Source of the DNA: an uncultured virus (IMG/VR IMGVR_UViG_3300037297_000216)
Lineage: Duplodnaviria; Heunggongvirae; Uroviricota; Caudoviricetes; Crassvirales
DNA length: 64,000 nucleotides
IMG/VR virus record: IMGVR_UViG_3300037297_000216
Direction: 5' to 3' (one strand)
The notes under the pieces are model-generated. The model was not told where the DNA came from. It saw nothing but the letters and a program-made list of their open reading frames with translations, and searched no databases. A program made the position numbers and the translations under genes. This document shows, piece after piece, positions 1-8,674 of this stretch (its first letter is position 1; each line of letters starts with the position of its first letter).

Positions 1-133
1 TAACTTCAGGATTAGGTGTTCCCCAACCTCCAGTATTATCTCCAGCATCATATGCTCCAGTATCATCTTGAATTCTAAGAGTTATAGCATCATTAGATTG
101 CAAAGGACCTGCTAAAGCTAAAGAAATAGCCAT
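1..133 (-). CDS. 5' part of a probable virion structural protein (runs off window start)
   Basis: ATG at 133 opens MAISLALAGPLQSNDAITLRIQDDTGAYDAGDNTGGWGTPNPEV without a stop; follows the methyltransferase after 4 nt within the virion operon. Confidence 0.6.
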   Translation of the reverse strand, partial: MAISLALAGPLQSNDAITLRIQDDTGAYDAGDNTGGWGTPNPEV

Positions 134-137
134 TTAT

Positions 138-677
138 TTATTTTTTAATTAATTTCGCAATTATATCATCTATAGCATTCCAATCATGTTTGAATGCTCT
201 ATTACGTATTTCTTCTGATTTTAATGTTAACTCATTAGTAATATAATATTCTAAAGTAATATCAAAATCAGATTTTATCCCATAATGATCTAATTTGTTA
301 TTATCTCTCCACTCCTTACTATAATAATAAAAAGTCCAGTCACAAATAAATCTTCTATGAGTAGGGTCTCCAAAAGCCCTAATAGAAGTATAATAAGGAG
401 CTATTATTGTCATTTTGCCCCCTGGTTTTAATATCCTATATACTTCATCCATAAATTGAATTAAACCATCCCTCTTATCTTCACTTTCAATATCATGAGG
501 AATATGTTCAACATAATGGGAACAGTGTATTTCATCTACACTATTATCTTCGAAAGGCCAAGGATATTTATTTAAATCATGAACAATATCTACACAAGAA
601 TTTTTTGATATATCTACCCCTATCCAATCTTCACCTTTTTTATTCTGACCGCACGCCAAGTCAACCTTCTTTACCAT
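138..677 (-). CDS. Class I SAM-dependent methyltransferase (Methyltransf_11-like)
   Basis: VDLACG motif I, WIGVDI, HDLNKYPWPFEDNSVDEI, HYVEH, EVYRILKPGG. Confidence 0.85.
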   Translation of the reverse strand: MVKKVDLACGQNKKGEDWIGVDISKNSCVDIVHDLNKYPWPFEDNSVDEIHCSHYVEHIPHDIESEDKRDGLIQFMDEVYRILKPGGKMTIIAPYYTSIRAFGDPTHRRFICDWTFYYYSKEWRDNNKLDHYGIKSDFDITLEYYITNELTLKSEEIRNRAFKHDWNAIDDIIAKLIKK

Positions 678-1369
678 ATTTTATCTTTTTTATAATCAAA
701 ATGCCCAACCAGTACACGATTATCACACGCTATTTTAAATCCTTCTTTTACAGCTCTATGATAAAAATAAAAATCCTGAGTTAAAGTTCTAGTACCTTCA
801 GGAGTATCCTCTTGTATAGTTTTAAACCAAGGACTTTCCATCTTCTTAAACATATCTAACTTAAAAAGATTAAACCCCATTCCTAAAGCCTTACATTCTT
901 GAACTTCTCCCGGCTTAGGAATAAGAGGAGTATTACTTTCACCAAATATCATAGGAAAACCATTATCTCCTTTACTCCAATATAATCCCCCAACCACATC
1001 ATACTTATCTATATTTTCATATAATTTAAGTAATCCATCTGGAGGAGGAATATTATCTTCCTCTATAGTTAAGATATATTTAAAATTCTTTAAATAATTA
1101 TTATTAAGTATATACTCAATCATAGTATTATAAGCCACATCTACTTTCATACTTTCTGCAAATATAGGGCCAACTACTTTTTGATTAACAGGTTTCATTA
1201 AATTCATCCATGATTGGACAACTCTTGTAGGAAACATTCCCCTCGTTGGACATATTATTATAGTAGACAAATCTTCATATGCTTTGGATTTATCTATTCT
1301 TTCTATAGACTTCTCTAAGTCTGAATTATGTTCCCCAACGGTATTACCAATTATTATTTTAGGTTCCAT
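671..1369 (-). CDS. GT-A fold (GT2-like) glycosyltransferase
   Basis: IIICPTRG N-terminal strand, LTIEEDN (DxD-like), DVVGGLY, GMGFNL, TQDFYF, C-terminal VGH. Confidence 0.75.
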   Translation of the reverse strand: MEPKIIIGNTVGEHNSDLEKSIERIDKSKAYEDLSTIIICPTRGMFPTRVVQSWMNLMKPVNQKVVGPIFAESMKVDVAYNTMIEYILNNNYLKNFKYILTIEEDNIPPPDGLLKLYENIDKYDVVGGLYWSKGDNGFPMIFGESNTPLIPKPGEVQECKALGMGFNLFKLDMFKKMESPWFKTIQEDTPEGTRTLTQDFYFYHRAVKEGFKIACDNRVLVGHFDYKKDKIW

Positions 1370-1384
1370 ACATATTATAAATAA

Positions 1385-1414
1385 GGGGTAAAGTTCCTTA
1401 TCAGAACTTACCCC
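1385..1414 (-). terminator. Intrinsic terminator-like hairpin upstream of the GT/MT pair
   Basis: ggggtaaagttc/gaacttacccc inverted repeat followed by T-rich tract on the minus strand. Confidence 0.55.
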
Positions 1415-1425
1415 AAATATTAATC

Positions 1426-1827
1426 TTAATCGTGATCAGGACAATATAAATATTCTACATAAAAATCATAATCTGCTGTAACAGCTGAACTAGCACTACT
1501 AGAAGCTATCAACAAATTAACATTTCCACCAGTACCTATATACATTCCACCTGTAGTAAGTAAAGTAATATCTTTACCTACTGTTTGTGCAGGAAGTAAA
1601 GAAATATTAGTTGTAACACCAATAGCAATACTACCTACCCTTGGCTGAACTGTTTGAGCACAACTATTTAAATCTACTACGTCACCAGCCATTACTTTTA
1701 TACCAGTAACAATAGCGCCTGCAGGAATATAAGTATCAGTATCTACATAAGTTGTAGAGTTAGTAACACTTGGAATGGTTATATTCCCAAAAGCAACTCG
1801 TCTTACAATAAATTGATTATTAGCCAT
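1426..1827 (-). CDS. Probable small virion structural/decoration protein
   Basis: 133 aa, Thr/Ser/Gly/Val-rich beta-type composition, inside virion gene block. Confidence 0.45.
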   Translation of the reverse strand: MANNQFIVRRVAFGNITIPSVTNSTTYVDTDTYIPAGAIVTGIKVMAGDVVDLNSCAQTVQPRVGSIAIGVTTNISLLPAQTVGKDITLLTTGGMYIGTGGNVNLLIASSSASSAVTADYDFYVEYLYCPDHD

Positions 1828-1850
1828 AATTACATTATTTTTTTAAATTA

Positions 1851-2858
1851 TTAGAAACTAACATTAGTAAATGCCTTTGGCAATGAAGCCATCCAAGGAT
1901 TAAGAACTGCTAATACATCAGTCATCTGATTAGAAGTCGCAGTATTCGGTATAAATATTTTAGTAGTGATATCTACTTGTTCTTCTCTACCGTCAGCTGA
2001 AGTAAACCAATTTTTATGACGTATTACTGCTGTATCATAAGTTTCACTCTTAACAGTCCTAAAATCAGGTCCAATAACTGGAAAATGAGTCCTATTAGTT
2101 TGTCCTGCATATCCTTGAGACCATTTTTCTTCATCCCTTACTAACCTCCAATGCCCAGACCCTTGTGAAGCATCCGTAGACACATAACGATAAGGATCAG
2201 CAGTTAGAGTATCAAAATTATCAGAGAATAAAAATACCTCAAAAATTATTTGACCATACTCATTAATAGAATCTAAAGTTTCATTATCACCATAACTTCT
2301 GCCAGTAAAAGCTAACACATCTGTACCTGTAGTATATGTTACATCTACTCTACGGTTAACATCAGCATTAATCAAAGCAGCTATAGCAGCTCCTTCAGTA
2401 TCCAAAGTAGCTGAACTTGCAATATAGTGATATGTCTTAGAAAACTGATGTGAACAAGCTATATCCTTATAAACTACTTTAAATATATACTCAGTACCAA
2501 CAACAGGAGTCCATCCAGACAAATCAACACTATACACCATCTCAGCGGGAGCAGCATAAGCTACGCCTGAATATTCAGAAACTCCAGCCCCGTCTATTTT
2601 ATCAGATATTATGTATTCCCTAACATCTGTAACACTTGTACCCGCTTCATTTACATAATCATATGTAGTACTCAATCCTTCTACTATATAAATACTCTCA
2701 GTATCAGCAAAAGTATTGCCAGCAGACATAATATTTTTGTTTTTATCTAGAACGACCACTTCGCCCTCTGCAAGATTATCACCAGATCCTCCTATAACTA
2801 AAGAAGCAGTTCTAGTAATATCCTTACCGATAATAACGCTTTCTACTATTTTTTGCAT
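1851..2858 (-). CDS. Auxiliary capsid protein-like (crAss virion)
   Basis: 335 aa; position after the two ring-like genes downstream of MCP matches crAss gene order; GSGHWRLVRDEEK..GYAGQTNRTHFP and YDTAVIRH segments. Confidence 0.65.
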   Translation of the reverse strand: MQKIVESVIIGKDITRTASLVIGGSGDNLAEGEVVVLDKNKNIMSAGNTFADTESIYIVEGLSTTYDYVNEAGTSVTDVREYIISDKIDGAGVSEYSGVAYAAPAEMVYSVDLSGWTPVVGTEYIFKVVYKDIACSHQFSKTYHYIASSATLDTEGAAIAALINADVNRRVDVTYTTGTDVLAFTGRSYGDNETLDSINEYGQIIFEVFLFSDNFDTLTADPYRYVSTDASQGSGHWRLVRDEEKWSQGYAGQTNRTHFPVIGPDFRTVKSETYDTAVIRHKNWFTSADGREEQVDITTKIFIPNTATSNQMTDVLAVLNPWMASLPKAFTNVSF

Positions 2859-2970
2859 ATTTATTTATTTAAAATTAAAATACAATTGACCTTAAAAGAG
2901 AGCTTATATTAAGGTAGCTCTTCTACTCTGCCTCACGACATTTCCACGTCAAACTCCCTTATCTCAGTCG

Positions 2971-3669
2971 TTATTCCATATTCTGTATTTCTACAGAACT
3001 AGTTTGGTAACGATTGCTACCAATATTTTCCAATGCCAAATTAACTGCCATTTTAACTATTTCTCGATGTGTGTGCTCTGCTAAATCACAATCTATTCCT
3101 CCATCACTGGTAAGAACAGCAGGATTCCTTAAAAATACTATATGATAAGCTGTTACAGAATAATTTCCATCAGTTATCAACTCGACATCATCACCTATAA
3201 ACAAACGTAAAGGTTTTGCTTCCCCGTATTGTAACCTATAATCCCCAAAAGGATCATCTATTCTTGATCTATATGTGTCAGAAGTACATTCTGTAACCCC
3301 TTGCCGTTTAGACTTTACAATTCCCAAAGCATCTGTATACTGAATAGTAACTTCCTCTCCTATTCTATGTTTGTATGTTGAAGACAATGAAGTAAGATCA
3401 GCTAAATACGAATTAGTTTTAGCAGTACCCTCCGTTAAATTTCCCCCACTAATAGTCTCTTGAACTATTAAACTTCTTAAATCATCTAAACGCTTCTGAC
3501 CTTGTTCTAATGATTCTCCTTTAAAATTATTACCACTTAACCTAGTTTCAATAAATTTTTCGACAGCTTGATTTAACCAATAATATATATCTACTTCATT
3601 AAAATAAGGAGCATTTTCATATTGATTTATTTCCCTTTGAAACGAAACCCTCATCTCAAAATTATTCAT
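2971..3669 (-). CDS. Tail ring / head-tail connector protein (crAss)
   Basis: DIYYWLNQA N-terminus and CDLAEHTHREIVKMAV C-terminus; paralog of 3662..4420. Confidence 0.7.
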   Translation of the reverse strand: MNNFEMRVSFQREINQYENAPYFNEVDIYYWLNQAVEKFIETRLSGNNFKGESLEQGQKRLDDLRSLIVQETISGGNLTEGTAKTNSYLADLTSLSSTYKHRIGEEVTIQYTDALGIVKSKRQGVTECTSDTYRSRIDDPFGDYRLQYGEAKPLRLFIGDDVELITDGNYSVTAYHIVFLRNPAVLTSDGGIDCDLAEHTHREIVKMAVNLALENIGSNRYQTSSVEIQNME

Positions 3670-4420
3670 TAGAATTCAATTTTAAAGTTAAAGCATTTGT
3701 TTGAACACGATTTGATTCAATATTTTCAATCATTAAAAACACTGTCAAATCAACTATTCTTTGATGAATATATTTAGGTAACTCACATGTAGTTGTTAAA
3801 GTATCATTATCAACAGTCCTATTCAATTTCTTAGGCTCTCTAATATATACTAAATCTACTTTTTCTAAAGAGGAAGTATAATAATCTACTAATATTACCA
3901 TTCCTCTATTAGGATCAGCAGAAAAAGCTTGACTCAAAAAATAGACAGGATTTTCAAAATAAGGTTTTTGATTAAAAGAATTAATTACATATTTATTTAA
4001 ATCACTAATTGAAATATTATTACAAAAAACTAATCCTCCTGTAACACCAGAACCATCTTCTAGCGTCCTAGTAACATATCCCATAACAACTAGGATGTGT
4101 CTTAAAGTGTAAGTTCCTAAAGAATCAATATTTATATAATAACCTCCTCCAGACATTCCAACCGTCCCAAAAAATCCAGTAATAGCAGCAGCAGCAAAAT
4201 TATCATATTTTATTAAAGGAGACAGTTCTTCATGTATTTCTTTAGTTATTGCATTGTCTGTCTTATTATTTTTATACTCTTTATATCTGTCATATATGTA
4301 TCTATCTTGCCCCACATTAAGCCAATAATCAATTTCTTCTGGTTCAAATGAGGGAAGTTCTAGGGCTGAACTTTTATCCAACCCTAGTTTGACAGCTACA
4401 TGCATCTCAGAAACAGTCAT
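3662..4420 (-). CDS. Tail ring / head-tail connector protein (crAss)
   Basis: FEPEEIDYWLN, YIREP, CELPKYIHQRIVDLTV; paralog of 2971..3669. Confidence 0.7.
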   Translation of the reverse strand: MTVSEMHVAVKLGLDKSSALELPSFEPEEIDYWLNVGQDRYIYDRYKEYKNNKTDNAITKEIHEELSPLIKYDNFAAAAITGFFGTVGMSGGGYYINIDSLGTYTLRHILVVMGYVTRTLEDGSGVTGGLVFCNNISISDLNKYVINSFNQKPYFENPVYFLSQAFSADPNRGMVILVDYYTSSLEKVDLVYIREPKKLNRTVDNDTLTTTCELPKYIHQRIVDLTVFLMIENIESNRVQTNALTLKLNSNE

Positions 4421-5268
4421 TATTTTACTTTACCTATTTTTATTTCTTCATCATCTTTATTGACCTCTTCAGTCCTTAAAGATTTCTTTATTTCCTTATC
4501 TACACTTGCTTTTCCATAAACAGCTTTTTTACCATCTATTTGAGATAATATAGCTATCTTTAAATCCTGATTTTTAGGATTCTTCAAATAATCTACAGCA
4601 TCTTCTAATGTATGCCCTATTATATCTGTTCCATACTTATAAATAGTTTTACTTTTCCTAATAATGTTATTAGCAGCCGCTTCTTCAATAAGAAAATATA
4701 TATCTTTATCTTTATTATCTACCCAAATTTTTAAAAACTCTTGAGGCCTCTCTTCAACTATTTTATACAGCATATCTTCAACTATCTCATTTGCAACATT
4801 TTCTGCATTAAATCCAAATAATCTCAAAGCTTTTCTCATTTCACCAAGAGTAAGCTTATCAAACTCTTGAATAGCTTTACGTTTTGTTCTATTTCGTACA
4901 TTTGCTTCCTTAGCTTCCGACTCTTCTTCAATTAGTTGAAAATCAGCACCAGCTTTAATCCTAGCGCCTGTTGAAACTCTCCTATGATTTTTTAAATGTA
5001 GATATTTTAATTTTTCCTCAGGACCTACTTCAGTATCTATAATAACATCTTTATCTGTTACTCTAATACCAAAATTATCCCAAAATTCTGAATTAGGCTT
5101 TAAATCTACGCCTAAAGCCTTACTTAATTCTTCCTCATCTAATTCACTTAAACCAGTATACCTTTTCCCACTCCTAGTAAGATAAGGTCCTACAACATAA
5201 GCACAATTAGGATATCTATTCCAACCCGAAAATGTATTTTTATTTATTGGGCGTAAAACAACTTTCAT
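4420..5268 (-). CDS. Conserved crAss protein immediately downstream of MCP
   Basis: 282 aa; synteny; C-terminal IGHTLEDAVDYLKNPKNQD segment. Confidence 0.6.
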   Translation of the reverse strand: MKVVLRPINKNTFSGWNRYPNCAYVVGPYLTRSGKRYTGLSELDEEELSKALGVDLKPNSEFWDNFGIRVTDKDVIIDTEVGPEEKLKYLHLKNHRRVSTGARIKAGADFQLIEEESEAKEANVRNRTKRKAIQEFDKLTLGEMRKALRLFGFNAENVANEIVEDMLYKIVEERPQEFLKIWVDNKDKDIYFLIEEAAANNIIRKSKTIYKYGTDIIGHTLEDAVDYLKNPKNQDLKIAILSQIDGKKAVYGKASVDKEIKKSLRTEEVNKDDEEIKIGKVK

Positions 5269-5313
5269 ATTCTTTAGTTTAGAAATTCATTAAACTAGTT
5301 TTAAAAAATAAAC

Positions 5314-5341
5314 AAGGGTTGATTTAACGGGCTCAACCCTT
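5314..5341 (-). terminator. Intrinsic terminator after major capsid gene
   Basis: aagggttga/tcaaccctt stem followed by T-tract on minus strand. Confidence 0.6.
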
Positions 5342-5376
5342 AAAACCTTTACAGATTATATACCAAAGGTATATAA

Positions 5377-6861
5377 TTAATCAACATCTAAAATAAGTTC
5401 ACCACTAGTCGTAGGATCTTTTAACATTATACCCATTTCACCTAAGAAATGAACAGTATAACCATCATAACCATTAGAACGAACTGTTGACCTATTATTA
5501 GAAAAACCTTGTCCGGGAGCAACAGCGCCAGCTACTGACCACATAACCATTTCACGGCCTTTTCGAACAACTTTAACAATATTAGACTCGCCGTCCCTCA
5601 TACTCATATCAACAAAAGTCATACGGTATGATTCTACAGGTTTACCGGAAGTTGGGTGTAATTTCCTACCATGATATAAACTATCATATAATGGAAAATG
5701 TTTAAGTGTTAATACAACACCATTTAACATATTCCAAGTAGTAAACTGTCCTCCAAATGTTAAATTCTGACCTGTACCAGTAACAAATTTAGTATCAATG
5801 AGGGTATAACCTGAAGCTTTTGCTTTTAACACCCTATCTAATTCTTTCATACCCATTTCGCCTGTAAGAGCTACATACCTTCGCTCATTCATACCTCGAA
5901 TATTATATGAAAGATCAGTTAAGAAGTCTTCTAACAAATCATCAGTCAACTTAGTATAAGTTCTTTTATTAGCAGGAGATATTTGCTGTAATAACCCCGC
6001 ACCCAGATACACAGGTCTTCCTGAAGTACCTTTTAACGGAGTAGTTCCATCAGGCCTAGCATTATACCTACTATACACTAATTGATAATCTACTGTCCTA
6101 TACCATTGACGCAAAGCCAACCACTCTTGGTAATCTGTCCAATAACGAGTTGACTTTTTAGTTTTTGGATCCCTCATTTCAATAATCATAACTGAAGCAG
6201 CAGCGCTACCAGTTATGTCATATTTCAACCTCATGGTTGTCAAATGATTACGAAGTTTAACAGGAGCTTGATAACTGATTATATCAGCTTCATAACTTCC
6301 TTCTTCATAAGCAGATCCTACCCTACTTAATTGTTTTCCATCAGCCAGTAAGGAAGGAGGTATATAAGAAGTAGACTGACTATCAGCTACTTGAAGAGTA
6401 TACACCCAGTCATGTCCATCTTGATAGGGTTCCCCCATTACTCTAGCTTGATATTCTTTATCATCAAATTCAACAATCGCACCTGGACCAAAGGCCCTCT
6501 CACTTACCCATACTTGAATAGGAGTACCATTAATACCAGGAACATCAGTAGAACTGATAGAAGATCCTTGCCATTTAGCATCCTTAATAGTTATAGCTTT
6601 ATCAGCTTCAACCATAGCAGACCATTCAAACTCTCTATTTTCTATAGTCAACGTACGTCCCAAACCTCCAGTTAAGAAATCAACTGAACTCTGTTGATCC
6701 ATAGTACCAAATATATATGATAGTACATTAGAAACCACATGGGGCTTAACTAAAAGAGCTTGAGATAACATATTTTCATCAGTTAACCCATGAAAATATT
6801 TAGTACGGTATAGTTGCAATCCATTAAGAATAGTATTTTGCATTCCATACACATTAGCCAT
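5377..6861 (-). CDS. Major capsid protein (crAss-like, HK97 fold)
   Basis: 494 aa; LRNHLTTMR..YDITGSA, GAGLLQQI, LTGEMGM, FGGQF, LKHFPLYD, HPTSGKPVESYR motifs; synteny terminase-portal-scaffold-MCP. Confidence 0.9.
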   Translation of the reverse strand: MANVYGMQNTILNGLQLYRTKYFHGLTDENMLSQALLVKPHVVSNVLSYIFGTMDQQSSVDFLTGGLGRTLTIENREFEWSAMVEADKAITIKDAKWQGSSISSTDVPGINGTPIQVWVSERAFGPGAIVEFDDKEYQARVMGEPYQDGHDWVYTLQVADSQSTSYIPPSLLADGKQLSRVGSAYEEGSYEADIISYQAPVKLRNHLTTMRLKYDITGSAAASVMIIEMRDPKTKKSTRYWTDYQEWLALRQWYRTVDYQLVYSRYNARPDGTTPLKGTSGRPVYLGAGLLQQISPANKRTYTKLTDDLLEDFLTDLSYNIRGMNERRYVALTGEMGMKELDRVLKAKASGYTLIDTKFVTGTGQNLTFGGQFTTWNMLNGVVLTLKHFPLYDSLYHGRKLHPTSGKPVESYRMTFVDMSMRDGESNIVKVVRKGREMVMWSVAGAVAPGQGFSNNRSTVRSNGYDGYTVHFLGEMGIMLKDPTTSGELILDVD

Positions 6862-6886
6862 ATTGCATTATATTTAATTAATAATT

Positions 6887-8107
6887 TTAAAAATTTGGTT
6901 TGGAAAGTTGACTAGAAAATTTATCAAAAATACTATAATCAACTGAAGATTCTCCACCAGAACCTTCATCTTCCATTCCTTTTATTCTCTTAGTTCTCAT
7001 TTCTAATTTTCTCTTAAGATCTTTTGCTGCTTTACTACCAGCTTTTTTGTCTAATTCTGTAATCAATTTATCCCCTTTCATAGTAAAGAAAACTGACTCA
7101 ACAAAGTTCTTAACAAGAGAATTAGTATATTCTTTTTGGTATTTCGTTTTTCCATCAGCCTCTGGTCTAAGCCCATAAGCTAAAATAGCATTTTTATCTG
7201 CCTTACTTAAAGAAATGCCTTTAATATCTTTTAAACTATTTACATAAGATTGTACGTCTGACAAAAACTTATGTTGCTGTTTCCGAGTCTCCTCCTGAAA
7301 TTTTTCTTGTTCCTGTAATAGCTTTTCTGACTTGCTTTTTCTGTAACCTTTTAAAAACTCAGCTGCTTCTTCTGCCTCTTCTTTCAATATTCCTGTATCT
7401 CTATACCTCTCGATACGCTTTCCTATCTTATTACCATCATGTCCTTGTACAGATAAAGATTCTCGAATAGTAAGAACTTGATTAGCCTCATTTTCTAAAT
7501 CAATATTTTCTAAATCAACACCAGAATAAATTTGCTCATAATACTTTTTCAAATCTCCCCCATTACTTACAAACTCATTTAAAGCTGCAACATCTTCATT
7601 AGCAAACTCTGGCTCAGAATTTTCATCAACAACTTTACTAATAAATTCCACTACATCTTCTATAGATTCAAATTTCTTTTCATCTTCACTTAATTCCCAA
7701 CCAAATTTATCATATAATTTTTCTTGTACGTATGCAGAAATTTCAGGTTCTGCTTCCCTCATTTCAAAGTCATCCTCAGAAGAATCCTCTAAATCTTCTT
7801 TAGCATCTTCCTCCTCCTCTTCATCTATTTTATCTTTAAATTTTATACTTGGCTGTTCAACAAAATCCTTTACTTTTGAATCTTTTTTCTCTTTATCCTC
7901 ATCTTTTTCATCTTTTGAAGACTCTTCTTCTTCCTCTTCAATTTCCTCAAGTTCTTCATCTTCTATATCTTCTCTTGGACCGTCTTCAATAGGAAAATCT
8001 TTTTCACCAATATTTGGGTCAAACTCTTGTTGTCCTTTAGAAAGAACTCCAGCAATTGCTTCAAATCCTCCAAATATGTCATCTTTACTACTCATAATAT
8101 TTAACAT
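6887..8107 (-). CDS. Acidic scaffold-like protein upstream of MCP
   Basis: Very D/E-rich N-half, coiled-coil C-half, directly upstream of MCP. Confidence 0.6.
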   Translation of the reverse strand: MLNIMSSKDDIFGGFEAIAGVLSKGQQEFDPNIGEKDFPIEDGPREDIEDEELEEIEEEEEESSKDEKDEDKEKKDSKVKDFVEQPSIKFKDKIDEEEEEDAKEDLEDSSEDDFEMREAEPEISAYVQEKLYDKFGWELSEDEKKFESIEDVVEFISKVVDENSEPEFANEDVAALNEFVSNGGDLKKYYEQIYSGVDLENIDLENEANQVLTIRESLSVQGHDGNKIGKRIERYRDTGILKEEAEEAAEFLKGYRKSKSEKLLQEQEKFQEETRKQQHKFLSDVQSYVNSLKDIKGISLSKADKNAILAYGLRPEADGKTKYQKEYTNSLVKNFVESVFFTMKGDKLITELDKKAGSKAAKDLKRKLEMRTKRIKGMEDEGSGGESSVDYSIFDKFSSQLSKPNF

Positions 8108-8115
8108 TAATATTA

Positions 8116-8670
8116 TTAAACTTTTTTACCTATTTCCTCATCTATTTCTAAAATACCTACTCCTTGTTCTGTCATCATTTCAACCTTATCTAACAAATTC
8201 TTAAACAAAGCTTCTTCTTCTACTTGTTCCTTTAAATACCACTGAATAAACTGGTAAGTTGTATGACAAGGTTCTTTTAAAGCCATAGTAGCAAATTCTT
8301 CATATATAGAAGTTACATACATTTCATGCTCATAACTTTTCTTTAATACATCTACTAAATCTTTAAAATCAGATAATTGTTGTTTAACCGCAGGAGTATC
8401 AGGTAAACAATTTCTATCTAACGCATACTGCCTAAGTTTCTTCATGTGAGCTAACTCTTCTTCAACATGTCTATTCATAAATTTAGCAGTACCAAATAAA
8501 CCTTTATATTCGCACCACGAAGCCATTGCTCTATAAATCTGAGAAGCTTCAAACTCCGCAGCAATATGAAAGTTAATACGATTCATAAGAATGTCAGACA
8601 ATCTTTTCTCTCCTTTTTTAGAAGTAGTAGAACTAGCATTAACTTCCCCTGGTTTTTTTATAGTTGCCAT
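8116..8670 (-). CDS. ftn: Ferritin (non-heme)
   Basis: EFEASQIY, EELAH, EHE, WYLKEQVEEE ferroxidase-centre motifs. Confidence 0.9.
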   Translation of the reverse strand: MATIKKPGEVNASSTTSKKGEKRLSDILMNRINFHIAAEFEASQIYRAMASWCEYKGLFGTAKFMNRHVEEELAHMKKLRQYALDRNCLPDTPAVKQQLSDFKDLVDVLKKSYEHEMYVTSIYEEFATMALKEPCHTTYQFIQWYLKEQVEEEALFKNLLDKVEMMTEQGVGILEIDEEIGKKV

Positions 8671-8674
8671 TTAT

